Shown here piece after piece: positions 47,001 through 55,637 of a DNA stretch of 64,000 nt; within the stretch, counting starts at the first letter, position 1, and every line of letters starts with the position of its first letter. The position numbers and the translations under genes are program-made. The notes under the pieces are model-generated. The model did no database searches. It saw only the letters and a program-made list of their open reading frames with translations, and was not told where the DNA came from. This DNA comes from a virus: positions 1-64,000 of IMG/VR virus record IMGVR_UViG_3300044837_000097, one strand, 5' to 3'.

Positions 47001-47247
47001 GTACTATGAGCAGGCGTTGTATCGTGCCCACGGGCTTCCTGTAGAGTCATGGTCGTTCTCTGACGCTGCAAAGCGAGTAGGGAAGGAAGCCAGCGCACCA
47101 CCGGAAGCGGAGCAGACCGGATTTGGTTTCGGAGCCAACGAAAACACTAGTCCGAAGGAAGCCGGGTTTAGAGGCTTGACCGCACCGGAGCTTAAGAACG
47201 GCTCGGCGGTCCACGCTCTCGACCTCATTAACGCGTTGAAGAAATAG
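41095..47247 (+). CDS. large polyvalent ejection protein (2050 aa)
   Basis: WFDQN repeats; HEHGH M41-like peptidase; FRLVHDVLGH zincin-like; C-terminal TADMW..LQAVLWY glycosylase-like domain. Confidence 0.8.
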   Translation: MTDQNSNWFDQNAPGAAPQQGQPAPQQAAPAPTPAPQPAGNWFDQNPAPAATPAAAETEEKAAPAQPQGLWDKIKTAVAGPTTALGTPLGEDQSQELSGLGDILQGNVKQGAGKIWNSEKIDAKNIVPGSPAEWAIRQFDPDFHGGATKEAIAAMKAKNPNAGEKPLLDVAQFIDMKKHPIGKALTEVAQGFTSPENIAIMYGTGGLGLIGQTPKALKAFGTMSRLISAGFAYQALQGAYEHSKAFKEAFDAGDEERAEYELTHAVAGGVIGTQAATHAAEGLPLPGYDKGGKGNAVKPLVELSPTEKKVAGAISTAVGHAADATKNFTAEKLQAATDRVGVVFGRTADFDEAVTRVANMMGKKAGPEFKEKVSNASDDLKQIINEDTTNKIVDPETAAQAVDRHIQGNIEAPLLQEAHATKDSTEPVVPDFKARLNERLDKFFDENAGKYGSPEEEDVIKQRILDRMDRDQDLGNGVKIAREPNLYEAENIRQGLNKEAGSVFEQGTSSGYRAAAAETSNFMREVIDESYKANGVQGVPDARAKEADLIDIRDALRDAQGRFEAQKATPALLKLFSLGKLAGMVGAVGAHFFGSDILGGALAAGSAWKAIHEHNVSNLEGNLERARQLAAREQGASATVPEFNQTPVPPPAGPAGAQIPPNMPPRPTPPQPATRPAVNHTLNGELASYFSEDRATSPEEYNGLLDRFKEKFATMKQSVADLKAKGQELPEAYKDEWKQANELHATIQKEGAKEDAALEKENKKRQDKYVKDSQDWTSQLQTETQKQAELTRQQKDAESQAKIQEEKARVDAILKDERVAHSPLMKSTDEAQPIEGVEGRSSKELHRHEHGHIMANVAEGLNPFTFVAAEHPDAVESGAAAQVHTDVSGAEEGPKGIAQRVVGILGGPAFDEVHQGITIGRNTGARADISRAREILREEGGLKGNQLEKVFDALYDRAKEHVSNPEALALVDANADLREAGLHKNFHMSPGRMEEYVKKLKGAYRNGETPSTEGVREGDSDGGVPQGESAGTGNGGSEQDGAVERTRTEAARKSDEGAEAAAAREERSSVKAAMPPERSTGDAELDKKIKSGGAIPAGRFGPLAMFHHPETGSTLALKPEEITPEAVKEHVAKSTEKYTQGDIRNTARQYNEVRGLPEVNPAPVTEDPRVQEMGRVYDELKHNPNDPKVEASYKAFKNELDHQYDALTKAGFKFDTSKEDPYPSYDAMRQDILRNKHLTAWEGAAPPADHPLAERDPKTGFTYNEKFRLVHDVLGHAAHDADFSGNGEESAWNYHRQMFSPEAQPALAAETRGQVASFTRNGKFPDTQKAVLMPDAYNMRPEDIMKSSLSKTGGNAIKKLENSNEEFARPIGYDSSKPFTNKTAPAVILPDGRIIPARLSHADIAGEAGFKDDFDGVQDLLKHTDGVRVMYPDRGRGNIGIQSHANPNDVQTGTVASVLKHAAEAGIGDGKNFVWDLGAPGKDHVSGSGTINDYRRAIESKGVEKSNLNWAKKVEDEPFGGVNPNDPEAPSKKYAFELSPENRHTPEKLTAQEAQAFAERPDVKELLATHPDIKLGWDTTTQGRPELNIGVSTNDLDTAKKVAGKLDQRAIVDTQTGDEISAGGTGTKTEFPDYPLADRLKDLGIEKSDIAKSPKGSSVPLMENPLPVKGTMEGNEVGTLDLTKALNAYSRKQLPSLEPGSEPKEMVDRAKKIAEDEAKYQLAQSKTGTEWYTTEMKDHDKVLTDLRPELLTGPETTSEAPWTHTAKMTLFKAAEAILSSGQKPYANVKSALRAWDAYNETGEFPRSNPATGKEGMSWGPRGVNAYGSAFDSLNKLIQEKGEKGAADWLLSEHPVKELRSYQSEGQSPVKGKADENETGAMILGAKRGPFMQNLHGIESKFTADMWVSRSWNRWMGTLDLDPRIENKGKMTSESDAPRNNTERTLMNQSFSETANKLGLTTSSLQAVLWYYEQALYRAHGLPVESWSFSDAAKRVGKEASAPPEAEQTGFGFGANENTSPKEAGFRGLTAPELKNGSAVHALDLINALKK

Positions 47248-47250
47248 CCC

Positions 47251-47279
47251 TTGACAATCAGTCGGAAGTGGGATACACT
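47251..47279 (+). promoter_or_regulatory. sigma70 promoter
   Basis: TTGACA-17nt-TACACT. Confidence 0.8.
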
Positions 47280-47295
47280 CGTATTTGGAGGAATT

Positions 47296-47466
47296 ATGGA
47301 AGCGAAACTAGGACCCACGGAATTCCAAGCCGAAGTTCAAAAGCTGCAAGCTGCGGGTAAGCTGCCGCCGCTGGAAGACCTTTTGAGCGCGGTGTCCGAG
47401 GCCCGTGAAAAGTACGCTCCACAAATTCTCGAAGCCAGAAAAAAGGGAGACGACGATGGCGCATAG
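47296..47466 (+). CDS. hypothetical protein
   Basis: GGAGG RBS after promoter. Confidence 0.7.
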   Translation: MEAKLGPTEFQAEVQKLQAAGKLPPLEDLLSAVSEAREKYAPQILEARKKGDDDGA

Positions 47467-47644
47467 CGCAGGCAGCGGAGACAAGTTGGCTCGTGGCGCA
47501 GTTCGAGCGGTTTACATGGTGCGTGACGAGAAGAGCGTGACGCAGGATGCTTGGGATGCCATGTTTGCAGATTTTGACCCGAAGAAGTTTCAAGAAGAGA
47601 AGCCGAAGGTGGAAGGAAAGAAAGAAATTTCGCGCAAGAGGTAA
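47456..47644 (+). CDS. hypothetical protein
   Basis: GGGAG RBS, overlap. Confidence 0.6.
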   Translation: MAHSAGSGDKLARGAVRAVYMVRDEKSVTQDAWDAMFADFDPKKFQEEKPKVEGKKEISRKR

Positions 47645-47646
47645 GC

Positions 47647-48393
47647 ATGAGAGTAGTAGCGGTCCCAGCAGCGAATAGACCGGAACTTCTGGCCTTGACG
47701 CTGGAACGCTTGTCTCAGTCAAACAACCTGCCCGAGGTCCACATTTATGCGGACTCGGTTTCAGAATCCCGCCTCCGAGAGTTCGAGGTCGTTCGCGACC
47801 TTTATCTCCCGGAGGCTTTTTTGTTTCACGCCCGCTCTCACGTTCCGGCGATTTCCGGCGCTTGGAATATCTTGAACTGTTTGAAGGACGCCGCTCGGTG
47901 GGCGAATGAGGTTTACTTGGTGGAGGAAGACGTGCTGGTCTTTTCGAACTTCTTCGATTGGCACGCAACTCAGACCTCAGACATTTCTTGCGGACGAATT
48001 ATGCCGAGATACCCAGACTTCAAGCTGTACACGAACCCGGGGAGCCGCTTCTCTCGTTGCGCGCTCGATGCTTTGGTGCCGCACGTTTGTGACGAGTATT
48101 ACCGCGATACAGACGCTTACTGCGATAAAGTGAAGCCGGGGGTCCACATTTCCACGCTAGATGATGGGCTGATTCGCCGAGTGGTCGCTGCGGAGAATTT
48201 AACGGTGACGTTCCCGCCGTCTCCGGTCTGCGCTCACGTTGGATTTCGTTGGCTTGGTCGATTGGACATTTACCAAATCCCGGACGGGACGTTGGAGGAA
48301 AGAATTGAGAGGGTCCGCGAGTTGGTCGCAAACCCCCCGAATAAAGAACGTTACGCGAGAGATTGGGAGCCTTTTACGGTTGGACCCCGATGA
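47647..48393 (+). CDS. GT-A fold glycosyltransferase
   Basis: VVAVPAANRPELL, YLVEEDV (DxD-like), C-terminal HVG. Confidence 0.75.
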   Translation: MRVVAVPAANRPELLALTLERLSQSNNLPEVHIYADSVSESRLREFEVVRDLYLPEAFLFHARSHVPAISGAWNILNCLKDAARWANEVYLVEEDVLVFSNFFDWHATQTSDISCGRIMPRYPDFKLYTNPGSRFSRCALDALVPHVCDEYYRDTDAYCDKVKPGVHISTLDDGLIRRVVAAENLTVTFPPSPVCAHVGFRWLGRLDIYQIPDGTLEERIERVRELVANPPNKERYARDWEPFTVGPR

Positions 48394-48728
48394 TTCCCCA
48401 ATCGTTGACTCTTCCCGCATCCGTTCAAAAAGAACATCCCAAGCAGCGCGAAGAATAGAAATAGTCCGAGCGCCAGTTTACCCTTAGTAGTTTCGCATTT
48501 CATACATAGCTCGCGAGATTCGTTGTACGTGGTAAACGCTCCACATTTCTTGCACTGCGGCCAATCGACTTCGACCCTCCCGTACTCCGGGCACGGCAGC
48601 ACGCTCAACGCTCCCCAATTCAATACCGGACTAGAACGCCCCAATGCTTTGAGTTCCGCCGCTCGGATGCGCGGGTTATGTTCGTGATAGAACGACTGGC
48701 CCGGGTAATCTTCAATGGTAGATTTCAT
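48351..48728 (-). CDS. hypothetical Zn-finger/membrane protein
   Basis: CxxC pairs then TM; coupled to upstream ORFs. Confidence 0.5.
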   Translation of the reverse strand: MKSTIEDYPGQSFYHEHNPRIRAAELKALGRSSPVLNWGALSVLPCPEYGRVEVDWPQCKKCGAFTTYNESRELCMKCETTKGKLALGLFLFFALLGMFFLNGCGKSQRLGNHRGPTVKGSQSLA

Positions 48729-48900
48729 GGACGATTATCACCTTGGTTGGATAATGATTGACGGACGGCCCACACCTGCACTGCAAAGACAGTTCGTGGC
48801 CCTTCATCAGGTAGCCCTCGATTGCCGGAGCGACGTGGACCGCGCTGTTCGCGTCGTGGAATGTTTTCCACTGGATGTGGGGGATGTCTTTACCCGGCAT
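48712..48900 (-). CDS. hypothetical small His/Cys protein
   Basis: HVAP..H..CRCGP..IVH. Confidence 0.6.
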   Translation of the reverse strand: MPGKDIPHIQWKTFHDANSAVHVAPAIEGYLMKGHELSLQCRCGPSVNHYPTKVIIVHEIYH

Positions 48901-49078
48901 TTTTCTTCTCCACGAATCGGCAGAACACCACGCCGTAAAAACGGTCGTTATCTTTGGTCAAGTTCACCGAGACGACCTCTTGGTTCTCGCTATCCTCAAT
49001 CAGTTCCAACTCCCCTTCCATACGTCTGACGATGGAGTGGAATTCTTTATCAACATATTTGAACGAGTGGATTATCAT
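48890..49078 (-). CDS. hypothetical protein
   Basis: ATGA overlap with NAMPT-like stop. Confidence 0.55.
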   Translation of the reverse strand: MIIHSFKYVDKEFHSIVRRMEGELELIEDSENQEVVSVNLTKDNDRFYGVVFCRFVEKKNAG

Positions 49079-50634
49079 GCTTGCCCTCTCACGCGCTGGC
49101 GGATTGCATCGAAGGTATCGTCCAACAGCAGCGCGCCATTGAAGACCTTCTTGAAGACAGTGTCGCACTCGAACCCGTCCAAGAGGCGCGGGTCCAGAGT
49201 TTCGACGACCTCAATCTGGTCGTCGCGCTCCGGGTTGAAGACGGCTACCGGTATGCCACGGTGCGATTTCTTGTGCGCGTTGTCGGTGACCGGGTCTTTG
49301 AAGATTGCCTCCACGCGGGGAACGCATTCGTACCCGGTTCCGTTCTCGTCGGTAATAATCCAACGCTCAATCGCCGTTGCTTTGAAAGCGAAGTTATAAG
49401 TGTCGCGGGTCACGTATTGATATGTGTACGAGCCGATGCCGAAGACGAAGTTGTACGGGTGAAATTCTTTCTTCGCTGCGCGAGTGAGAATTTGGTCGGC
49501 TCTATCCACGGTAATCGAATCGCCGTAAATGAGTCCCGCTTTATTAATCATCTTCAAAAAATTCGTGGTGTAAGCCGCTCTGGTGTAACCAAGGGCAGCA
49601 GACAGTAGATGCGCCGCTCCGTGCCATTCAGGTGAATACGGAACAGCGTTGTCGTCACCCGTAAGAATCTTCACCGGGTCGCCGCTGTCAGGACGGATGA
49701 CAACTTTACCATCGCGGGCAAGGATGCTGTCTTTTAAACTGGGGATGATTTCGGTTAAAACCTTCCAAAGGTCCCAAGTGTCCGAGACGATGGAGACGAT
49801 GCCGTTCGGATACACGTCCTCAATCAGACGGCGGAACGTTTCGCGCTCCGATTCCTTCGACCCGGCGCACATCACGCTGTGCTCCGTGGCCGGAACCGAG
49901 CCGCCACACGAAAGATTGGCATGGTAGTATTTCTTCGCATCCAGAATCGCCGGGAGCGTGTCGGTGCCGTTGAACGAGAGCAAGTGCCCCATACCACTTA
50001 GCACCGCGCTGTCGAATCCGCTGAGTCCACGGTAAGAGAAGTCGTGGCCTTGCCAGTCGATGAAGCTGAGGTCGGTCTCCCCGGCTGCCTTCGCGTGCTT
50101 TTTGAAGAGGCGACGATAACGAAGCGCCGTGGAAGCTGAGGTGCACGCGTGCCAGAGGCTGTTGGAGCACATCGTCTCGATGTAATTCGGGAGCCAGAAG
50201 GCCCAATCTTGGTTGTTCACAATGACCATCGCGGGAACTCCGAGCGGGACATACGTGCCCTCCGGTACCGCATAAATGTCGAGCGGGAGTGAGCCGTGGT
50301 CGAACAACTGCTTGATGTGGTCCACACGGGCATCGACACCGAGCGTGGCCTTCATCACTTTCTTGTACTCGCGCTCCACATCGACCCACTCCCGGTCAAA
50401 GAAATAGTCGTTGAACTGTTGAATCAGCACTCGCTTGATGAAGCGTTGAAGACCGAAAAAGATAACTCCGGTCTCGCCTTCCACACGAGTACTACGAGGC
50501 GTGAAGTTCACCCAGATTTTCTTGATGCCCTTCGGATACTGGTCAACGTGTCCGAACTTGTAAAAGTCGATGAGGAAAATCGGGTTCGTATCGTCCCACC
50601 ATGCTTCGCCTTTGAAGTCTGTGTAGTCGCCCAT
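49075..50634 (-). CDS. nicotinamide phosphoribosyltransferase-family enzyme (Namat-like)
   Basis: DFYKFGH, HDFSYRG, GTDT, SVPATEHSVM, SIVSDTWD, IRPDSGDP. Confidence 0.93.
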   Translation of the reverse strand: MGDYTDFKGEAWWDDTNPIFLIDFYKFGHVDQYPKGIKKIWVNFTPRSTRVEGETGVIFFGLQRFIKRVLIQQFNDYFFDREWVDVEREYKKVMKATLGVDARVDHIKQLFDHGSLPLDIYAVPEGTYVPLGVPAMVIVNNQDWAFWLPNYIETMCSNSLWHACTSASTALRYRRLFKKHAKAAGETDLSFIDWQGHDFSYRGLSGFDSAVLSGMGHLLSFNGTDTLPAILDAKKYYHANLSCGGSVPATEHSVMCAGSKESERETFRRLIEDVYPNGIVSIVSDTWDLWKVLTEIIPSLKDSILARDGKVVIRPDSGDPVKILTGDDNAVPYSPEWHGAAHLLSAALGYTRAAYTTNFLKMINKAGLIYGDSITVDRADQILTRAAKKEFHPYNFVFGIGSYTYQYVTRDTYNFAFKATAIERWIITDENGTGYECVPRVEAIFKDPVTDNAHKKSHRGIPVAVFNPERDDQIEVVETLDPRLLDGFECDTVFKKVFNGALLLDDTFDAIRQRVRGQA

Positions 50635-51493
50635 CTCTCACCTCGTTGAACGTGTCGTATTCCTGTCCCTTGATGCTGTAACCGGAAATGTACAACTCGG
50701 TGATTCCGCCGTCCGCCGCCAGCACTTGAGTGCCTTTGGAGAAGATACCGTGGCTGACGTACAGCGCCAGTTTTATATTCGGATTCTTTTTCTTGATGAG
50801 TTGGCCCAACCCGACGAAGGTTCCGCCGCCATCGCAGATGTCATCAATAATCAGAGCGGACTTGTAATACTTGATGCCGGAACCAATCTTGAATCCGGTC
50901 AGTTTGCCCGTCGCCGCATCTCGAATCTTGCCAGCGACCAGTACAGGCAGTTTATACTTGCTGAGGTCGTAACGCTTCGCCGCGCCAACGTCCGGGAGCA
51001 CCAGCACCAAACTCTTCTTGCCCATATCCTGAATGATTGGAAGAAGTTGGTCGGTGGGTTCATAGGTTGGCAGCACGTTCACGATACCGTACGCCCTCGC
51101 TAGTCCCGCATTGTGAGCATCGAAGGTCCATACGCTAGTGAACTCCAACGCCTCGATAAATTTCATGAAGATTCCGAAACCGTGAGAGTCGCCATCCACG
51201 AAGCGGCGGTCAGCGCGGGCGTACGGCAGATATGGAAGAAAAAGACTACGCTCTCGAAACAGTCGGCCCTTCGTTTTAAACGCGGTGTACTGAATCGCGT
51301 CGTTCAGTTGCGCGAGTTCAATCACATCCGGGATGGGATTGGCGACGATTTCGTACGCGTCCACGCCGTCCTTCAAAACCGCTGCGATGCCGTTCGCAGT
51401 CAAGCGGGTCTGGATTTCCCCAGCCGGATACTTGATGACCTCATACAACTTGCCTCGGTCATCAGGAATGTTGAATTTCATTTTCATTCTCAT
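50543..51493 (-). CDS. ribose-phosphate pyrophosphokinase-family enzyme (Adps-like)
   Basis: YPAGE, PYLPYARADR, DAH, LPDVGA, IIDDICDGGGTF, SHGIFS. Confidence 0.92.
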   Translation of the reverse strand: MRMKMKFNIPDDRGKLYEVIKYPAGEIQTRLTANGIAAVLKDGVDAYEIVANPIPDVIELAQLNDAIQYTAFKTKGRLFRERSLFLPYLPYARADRRFVDGDSHGFGIFMKFIEALEFTSVWTFDAHNAGLARAYGIVNVLPTYEPTDQLLPIIQDMGKKSLVLVLPDVGAAKRYDLSKYKLPVLVAGKIRDAATGKLTGFKIGSGIKYYKSALIIDDICDGGGTFVGLGQLIKKKNPNIKLALYVSHGIFSKGTQVLAADGGITELYISGYSIKGQEYDTFNEVRDGRLHRLQRRSMVGRYEPDFPHRLLQVRTR

Positions 51494-51541
51494 TTTCTTT
51501 TCCTTTGATTTTCAACCACGCGATAAATTCCAGCGCGGCCT

Positions 51542-52003
51542 TTAACCCTCGTGTTTTTCTTCCGGGTCCTTAAAACCCATCCGCTTCGCAGTCTTCCGGC
51601 ACTTCGCCATCGTCTCCTCGTACGCCTTTATCGGGCAGTAATACTTATTGAAGTGAACTTCCCACCAACCCAAATCCGAATCGTGGACCACGAAGTAGCC
51701 AGCGCCGTTGCCCGTCTTGATGACCGCGACGTAAACCGCGTCTCGGCCTGCATAGCTCATATTCTCGATAATCCGCCACGCTTGCATCATCGCCGCGCCA
51801 TCTTCCCAGCGATACAATTCATTCAACTCGCCGTTGGCATAATCGTAGAGGATGCCGCCCCATTCGTACGGCGCGAGATAGTTATACAACCGCGCCCAAA
51901 GCTGGATGAGCCAGCGTTTCACGATACCTTCCTCCTCGCGCGGCCAAGTTCCCAAGCGATTCGACAAAGGCGTCGAATCTCGGGACTCTTGGTCGTGTCC
52001 CAC
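51542..52003 (-). CDS. hypothetical protein (start probably ~51922)
   Basis: operon context. Confidence 0.55.
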   Translation of the reverse strand: MGHDQESRDSTPLSNRLGTWPREEEGIVKRWLIQLWARLYNYLAPYEWGGILYDYANGELNELYRWEDGAAMMQAWRIIENMSYAGRDAVYVAVIKTGNGAGYFVVHDSDLGWWEVHFNKYYCPIKAYEETMAKCRKTAKRMGFKDPEEKHEG

Positions 52004-52365
52004 GAATTGAACCAGTCCTCGAAACGGTCAAATAGCGGCGTTGACTCCGCGCGACGTGCCTCGGATTGTAGGTCGATGATGACCTTGCCGAGCGCGCCGA
52101 TGTCAACCGGATAATACTTGCCCTCTATCCAAACGCCGAAGCCGTGAGGCGCACCGCCGACAATCTCTAAAGGCTGCGGTGCTTGGTTCACCACCTTCAA
52201 CTTGGATGCGAGAAATGCGCCCTTCTGCCTGATGGCCTCCCCGCTCTCCATCGAGACCGACGCGAACGTGTTTTTTCTAAACGTGAACAAATCAACCACT
52301 GTGCCGACCCCGGCCCAGTAGCAGTTTAGCTCTTTTGTGACTAAAACCTTGTCTCCGATGTTCAT
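51919..52365 (-). CDS. hypothetical protein with KOW/SH3-like N-terminus
   Basis: MNIGDKVLV..GVGTVV. Confidence 0.6.
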   Translation of the reverse strand: MNIGDKVLVTKELNCYWAGVGTVVDLFTFRKNTFASVSMESGEAIRQKGAFLASKLKVVNQAPQPLEIVGGAPHGFGVWIEGKYYPVDIGALGKVIIDLQSEARRAESTPLFDRFEDWFNSWDTTKSPEIRRLCRIAWELGRARRKVS

Positions 52366-53240
52366 AGTTGAAACCCCAGTCCGGCTTTTTCAGACCAATC
52401 TTTGCGTGCAGCGATTTCGTTGCCGACCTTCGTATATCGAGCGGTGACATCTTTTCCGGCGTGACCCGCCCAAAACTTAATAAGAGATTCCGGCACGCTG
52501 GCGAGTTCGAGGTGCGTGATACGGAAGCGGCGTAGCGCATGAAAGCCTTCGATGCCGAGCGCCTTGAACTTGCGGCGATACGTGCTCTCTGAATCGGGGA
52601 ACATTGGGCCTTCCAAATTCGCGAATTGCGAACGCAGAAGGGCGTTGACTTCCGGGTGCAGGTCCACGGTGCGTTTCCCGGCCTTGGTCTTGGGTGCGGG
52701 CTGAAATGTGCCCATAACGAGGGTCCCAGAGACCGTAATCGACCCTTGTATGGGGTCCCAGACGTTCCCTTGCCCGATAGCCAGCGTCTCTCCGATTCTA
52801 AGGCCCGTGGAGGCTAGGATGGCTACCAAGGCTTGGATAGAGCCGTTTGTCGTTTCTAGGGCATTCTGGAGCGTTTGGGAAGCCGTTATGGGGGCCTTCT
52901 GGGTGTCCGGGTCCACCTTTGGGGCCTTGATGAAGTCCGAGTTCCAAACCACCGGGTGGAGGCAGTTGCCGCGCGAATCCACCGCGCTCTTGACAATCTG
53001 CTTTACAAGGGTGACCGCCAAGCTTATCGTGGCGGGACTGAGTTCAGCCTCCGCGAGACGGCTGACCAGCGACTTAGCGGTCTTGTTGTCCACCTCCGCA
53101 AGGTCCAACCCACCGATGGCGGGAAGGATGCGGCGGTCCAGAAGAGAACGATAAACGTGGAGGGTATTGGGACGTGCGGCCCCCGCGATGTCGGCAATAT
53201 ACGCCTCGGCTTGTTCTGCAAACGTCAATGCGCTCTCCAT
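52362..53240 (-). CDS. int: tyrosine recombinase/integrase
   Basis: TGLRIGE, PKTKAG, FHALRR, GH..T.RY. Confidence 0.93.
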   Translation of the reverse strand: MESALTFAEQAEAYIADIAGAARPNTLHVYRSLLDRRILPAIGGLDLAEVDNKTAKSLVSRLAEAELSPATISLAVTLVKQIVKSAVDSRGNCLHPVVWNSDFIKAPKVDPDTQKAPITASQTLQNALETTNGSIQALVAILASTGLRIGETLAIGQGNVWDPIQGSITVSGTLVMGTFQPAPKTKAGKRTVDLHPEVNALLRSQFANLEGPMFPDSESTYRRKFKALGIEGFHALRRFRITHLELASVPESLIKFWAGHAGKDVTARYTKVGNEIAARKDWSEKAGLGFQL

Positions 53241-53246
53241 GACGAG

Positions 53247-53275
53247 AGTGTCTCAAAGTTTCCGACTTTTGTCAA
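53247..53275 (-). promoter_or_regulatory. sigma70 promoter, probably leaderless integrase mRNA
   Basis: TTGACA-17nt-GACACT ending 6 nt before ATG. Confidence 0.65.
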
Positions 53276-53685
53276 GAACTATTTTCGGTATTTATTATAG
53301 CTCCCGTATTTTACGGGCAAACCACGGCTTTCTAAAATTTCAATTGTCCTTTATGGGCAGTTTTTGCATCCAACTCAACAAGCTCCGCGCGTAAATTCTC
53401 GTCCATTGGTTCCGGGCATGTAAACTCCCCGGCTGGTGCGCGTTGCCACGTTACGCCGCCCCGACTGCCGCTTTTAAGCGGTAGAATGTCCGAAACATTT
53501 CACTTCTTCTCATCGTCTCGCTCCCGGGCACTCTTTCAATCCGCACGAGTAGTCCGTGGGCGACTTGGCGCATATGTCGCCACAGTCGCACGGCCTCGGG
53601 TCGTGCTGTCGTCGAATCAAAGAGAAGACGACGAGGAACAACACCGCGAAGATGTACATCCCAATCCGGTAGTAGTATCCCGGCT

Positions 53686-53880
53686 TCACTCTTTTTCAGC
53701 CGAGTGAATCAACAGAACGCCCGCGCCCAAAATAAACAGAAGGGCGTAAGCGAGCAACACATCGGGATTGTGGATTTGAGGCTCGTTAGTTCTGCCGATA
53801 GCAAGGCCAAGCGAGACCAGTGTGCCGAAAAACCCGACCAACGCAAACACTGCACCGAAGATTGCTTTTGCTAGTTTCAT
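53686..53880 (-). CDS. two-TM small membrane protein
   Basis: GAGGGG RBS, two hydrophobic helices. Confidence 0.65.
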   Translation of the reverse strand: MKLAKAIFGAVFALVGFFGTLVSLGLAIGRTNEPQIHNPDVLLAYALLFILGAGVLLIHSAEKE

Positions 53881-54052
53881 TTTCCCCTCGCATTCTGATT
53901 CAAAATTTCGATGTCATTCAAATGTTTTGCTTTCTCTTCCTGCTTCTTTTTCTGCTGTCTTTCTTCTGCGTCCTGAATGCTGAGTTCTAGATTGGGGTAA
54001 TAAGCGCCGAACAAAACTCTATTGATGACATCTAATTCACTAATTCTGGGCA

Positions 54053-54538
54053 TCAATGCACCGCCTCAAAATAGTTGTCAATCAGAACTTGCCGGAACGC
54101 GCCTTGCATATCGAGTTGAATCATGCACGAGCGCCAGTAGCGCCCGTGGTCGATGGGTTCCCCGTCCAAGGTGACATCCTCGCCCCACGTCTTGACGTGG
54201 CACATTTCGTGCAGCATGGTGAGTTGTCCGGTTCGAGCGGCGACTACGGAGGTCTCATTGAAATGAATGATGAAGCTGCCGTCCGACATCTTCATCGTGC
54301 TGGCCATCCACTTCGGATTCGTCTCCAACATGTCGATGACCAGAACTTGAGGGAGTTTCTTTCCAAAGTATCCAACGTTATAGACCTCGTACAAACTTTG
54401 CATGTACGCAGCGTCCACTACTCCATTGGCGTTGGCTGTGGCCCGGACAGGAACGAGGTGTTCCTGCCCGCAGCCGAACAACCACGAACAAAGAACCGCC
54501 AGAGCTATCGTGAGCAGAACTTTTGTTCGAGTAGACAT
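54053..54538 (-). CDS. SprT-like zinc metalloprotease with signal/lipoprotein peptide
   Basis: LHEMCH..DHG..W; LFGC lipobox-like. Confidence 0.75.
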   Translation of the reverse strand: MSTRTKVLLTIALAVLCSWLFGCGQEHLVPVRATANANGVVDAAYMQSLYEVYNVGYFGKKLPQVLVIDMLETNPKWMASTMKMSDGSFIIHFNETSVVAARTGQLTMLHEMCHVKTWGEDVTLDGEPIDHGRYWRSCMIQLDMQGAFRQVLIDNYFEAVH

Positions 54539-54539
54539 G

Positions 54540-54872
54540 TTAGTAGCGGCCTCCCGAGTTAGCCCAATACAGAACCTTTGAGCCGACTGGCAGGTGGCGG
54601 TTGGAACTGGTGGACTGGATGAAGATTTCCCAGTCACCGTGGTCCCCCGGAGACAGTTTAATCGTGCCTTGCGTCGGCAAGCCGAGCAAGTCGCGAGCAC
54701 TCTGTCCGGCGTAAACTGCGCCGTCCCTGCGGTTGCGAATCACAATCAGCTTCGAGGCTTGAACGGCCTTCTCGGTCTTCACCAACTCGTAGAATGCGGA
54801 GCCGCGCTGATACGCCGTGCGCGTCTTCTTTTCCACAAACGGCCCGATTTCAACGACACGATACCCGTTACT
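54540..54872 (-). pseudogene. C-terminal fragment of phage vWA-associated protein
   Basis: GSAFYELVKTE..VYAG..ARDLLGLP..PGDH..IFIQSTSSNR; no convincing start or N-terminal domain. Confidence 0.55.
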
Positions 54873-55028
54873 CAAGGTTGTTTCTCCATGTGTTGAATTT
54901 TTCGTCGATACTGGCCCTCTCCGCTCGGATTTGTTCGATGCGCTCAACGATGCGCGCCGGGTCAACTTGTTGCTCCCCCGCCCGGAAGGGTATGGGAAGC
55001 AGAATTTTATTGTCCAAAGTGGACTCCG

Positions 55029-55394
55029 TTAAGGAACCAGAGGGCCAGAATCATCAGCGCCAGCAAGGACATCCCCACCGTCGTCGTTATCAGTCTCGCC
55101 ATCCTCGTCCAATCGAATGATGTCTGCATGTTCATACAGGTTACCCTCGCCCGTTGTAATTGTCAAGTCCAAAACCGTGCCCAGTTGAATCTCTGGGTTC
55201 GACAAGATGTCGGAGTCGGCGGGCAGGACCGTGCCCACTGGCTTGATAAGAATCTCTTCGTACGTATCCGGGTGCTGGCGCAGAACTTCCGCCTCCACCA
55301 CATTGTAGCGGTTCGGGAGCGTCTCGTCCGGCTTCAAAACCACGCGGGCGTTTTTGATGGTGTGCCCGTGACCGGGGATGTATCCGACTATCAC
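55029..55394 (-). CDS. hypothetical acidic protein
   Basis: coupled ORF. Confidence 0.55.
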   Translation of the reverse strand: MIVGYIPGHGHTIKNARVVLKPDETLPNRYNVVEAEVLRQHPDTYEEILIKPVGTVLPADSDILSNPEIQLGTVLDLTITTGEGNLYEHADIIRLDEDGETDNDDGGDVLAGADDSGPLVP

Positions 55395-55579
55395 TCGCTC
55401 ACCGTCACGATGAGCTTGTCCGATAAATTGTAAGGAACCGAAACCTGTTCAAAAATCTCCGCGAGCCATCGAGTCTTCTCGCCCGTTTGCAGGATGGTGA
55501 TGTCGTAGAAGCCACCGCCCTCGGACTTGGTGGCCTCCACGACAATCCCGTTGATAAGATATTTGGCCGGGTTGTTCAT
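55391..55579 (-). CDS. hypothetical protein
   Basis: AAGGA RBS. Confidence 0.6.
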   Translation of the reverse strand: MNNPAKYLINGIVVEATKSEGGGFYDITILQTGEKTRWLAEIFEQVSVPYNLSDKLIVTVSE

Positions 55580-55637
55580 TTATTCGTTGTCCTTCTTCTC
55601 GTCTTGCGCCTGTTTTTCTTTGCGTTCATGGATAGCA

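Noticed and set aside
53280-53680. attP next to integrase
   Set aside because: No core or arm repeats or tRNA 3' fragment that I could identify by eye
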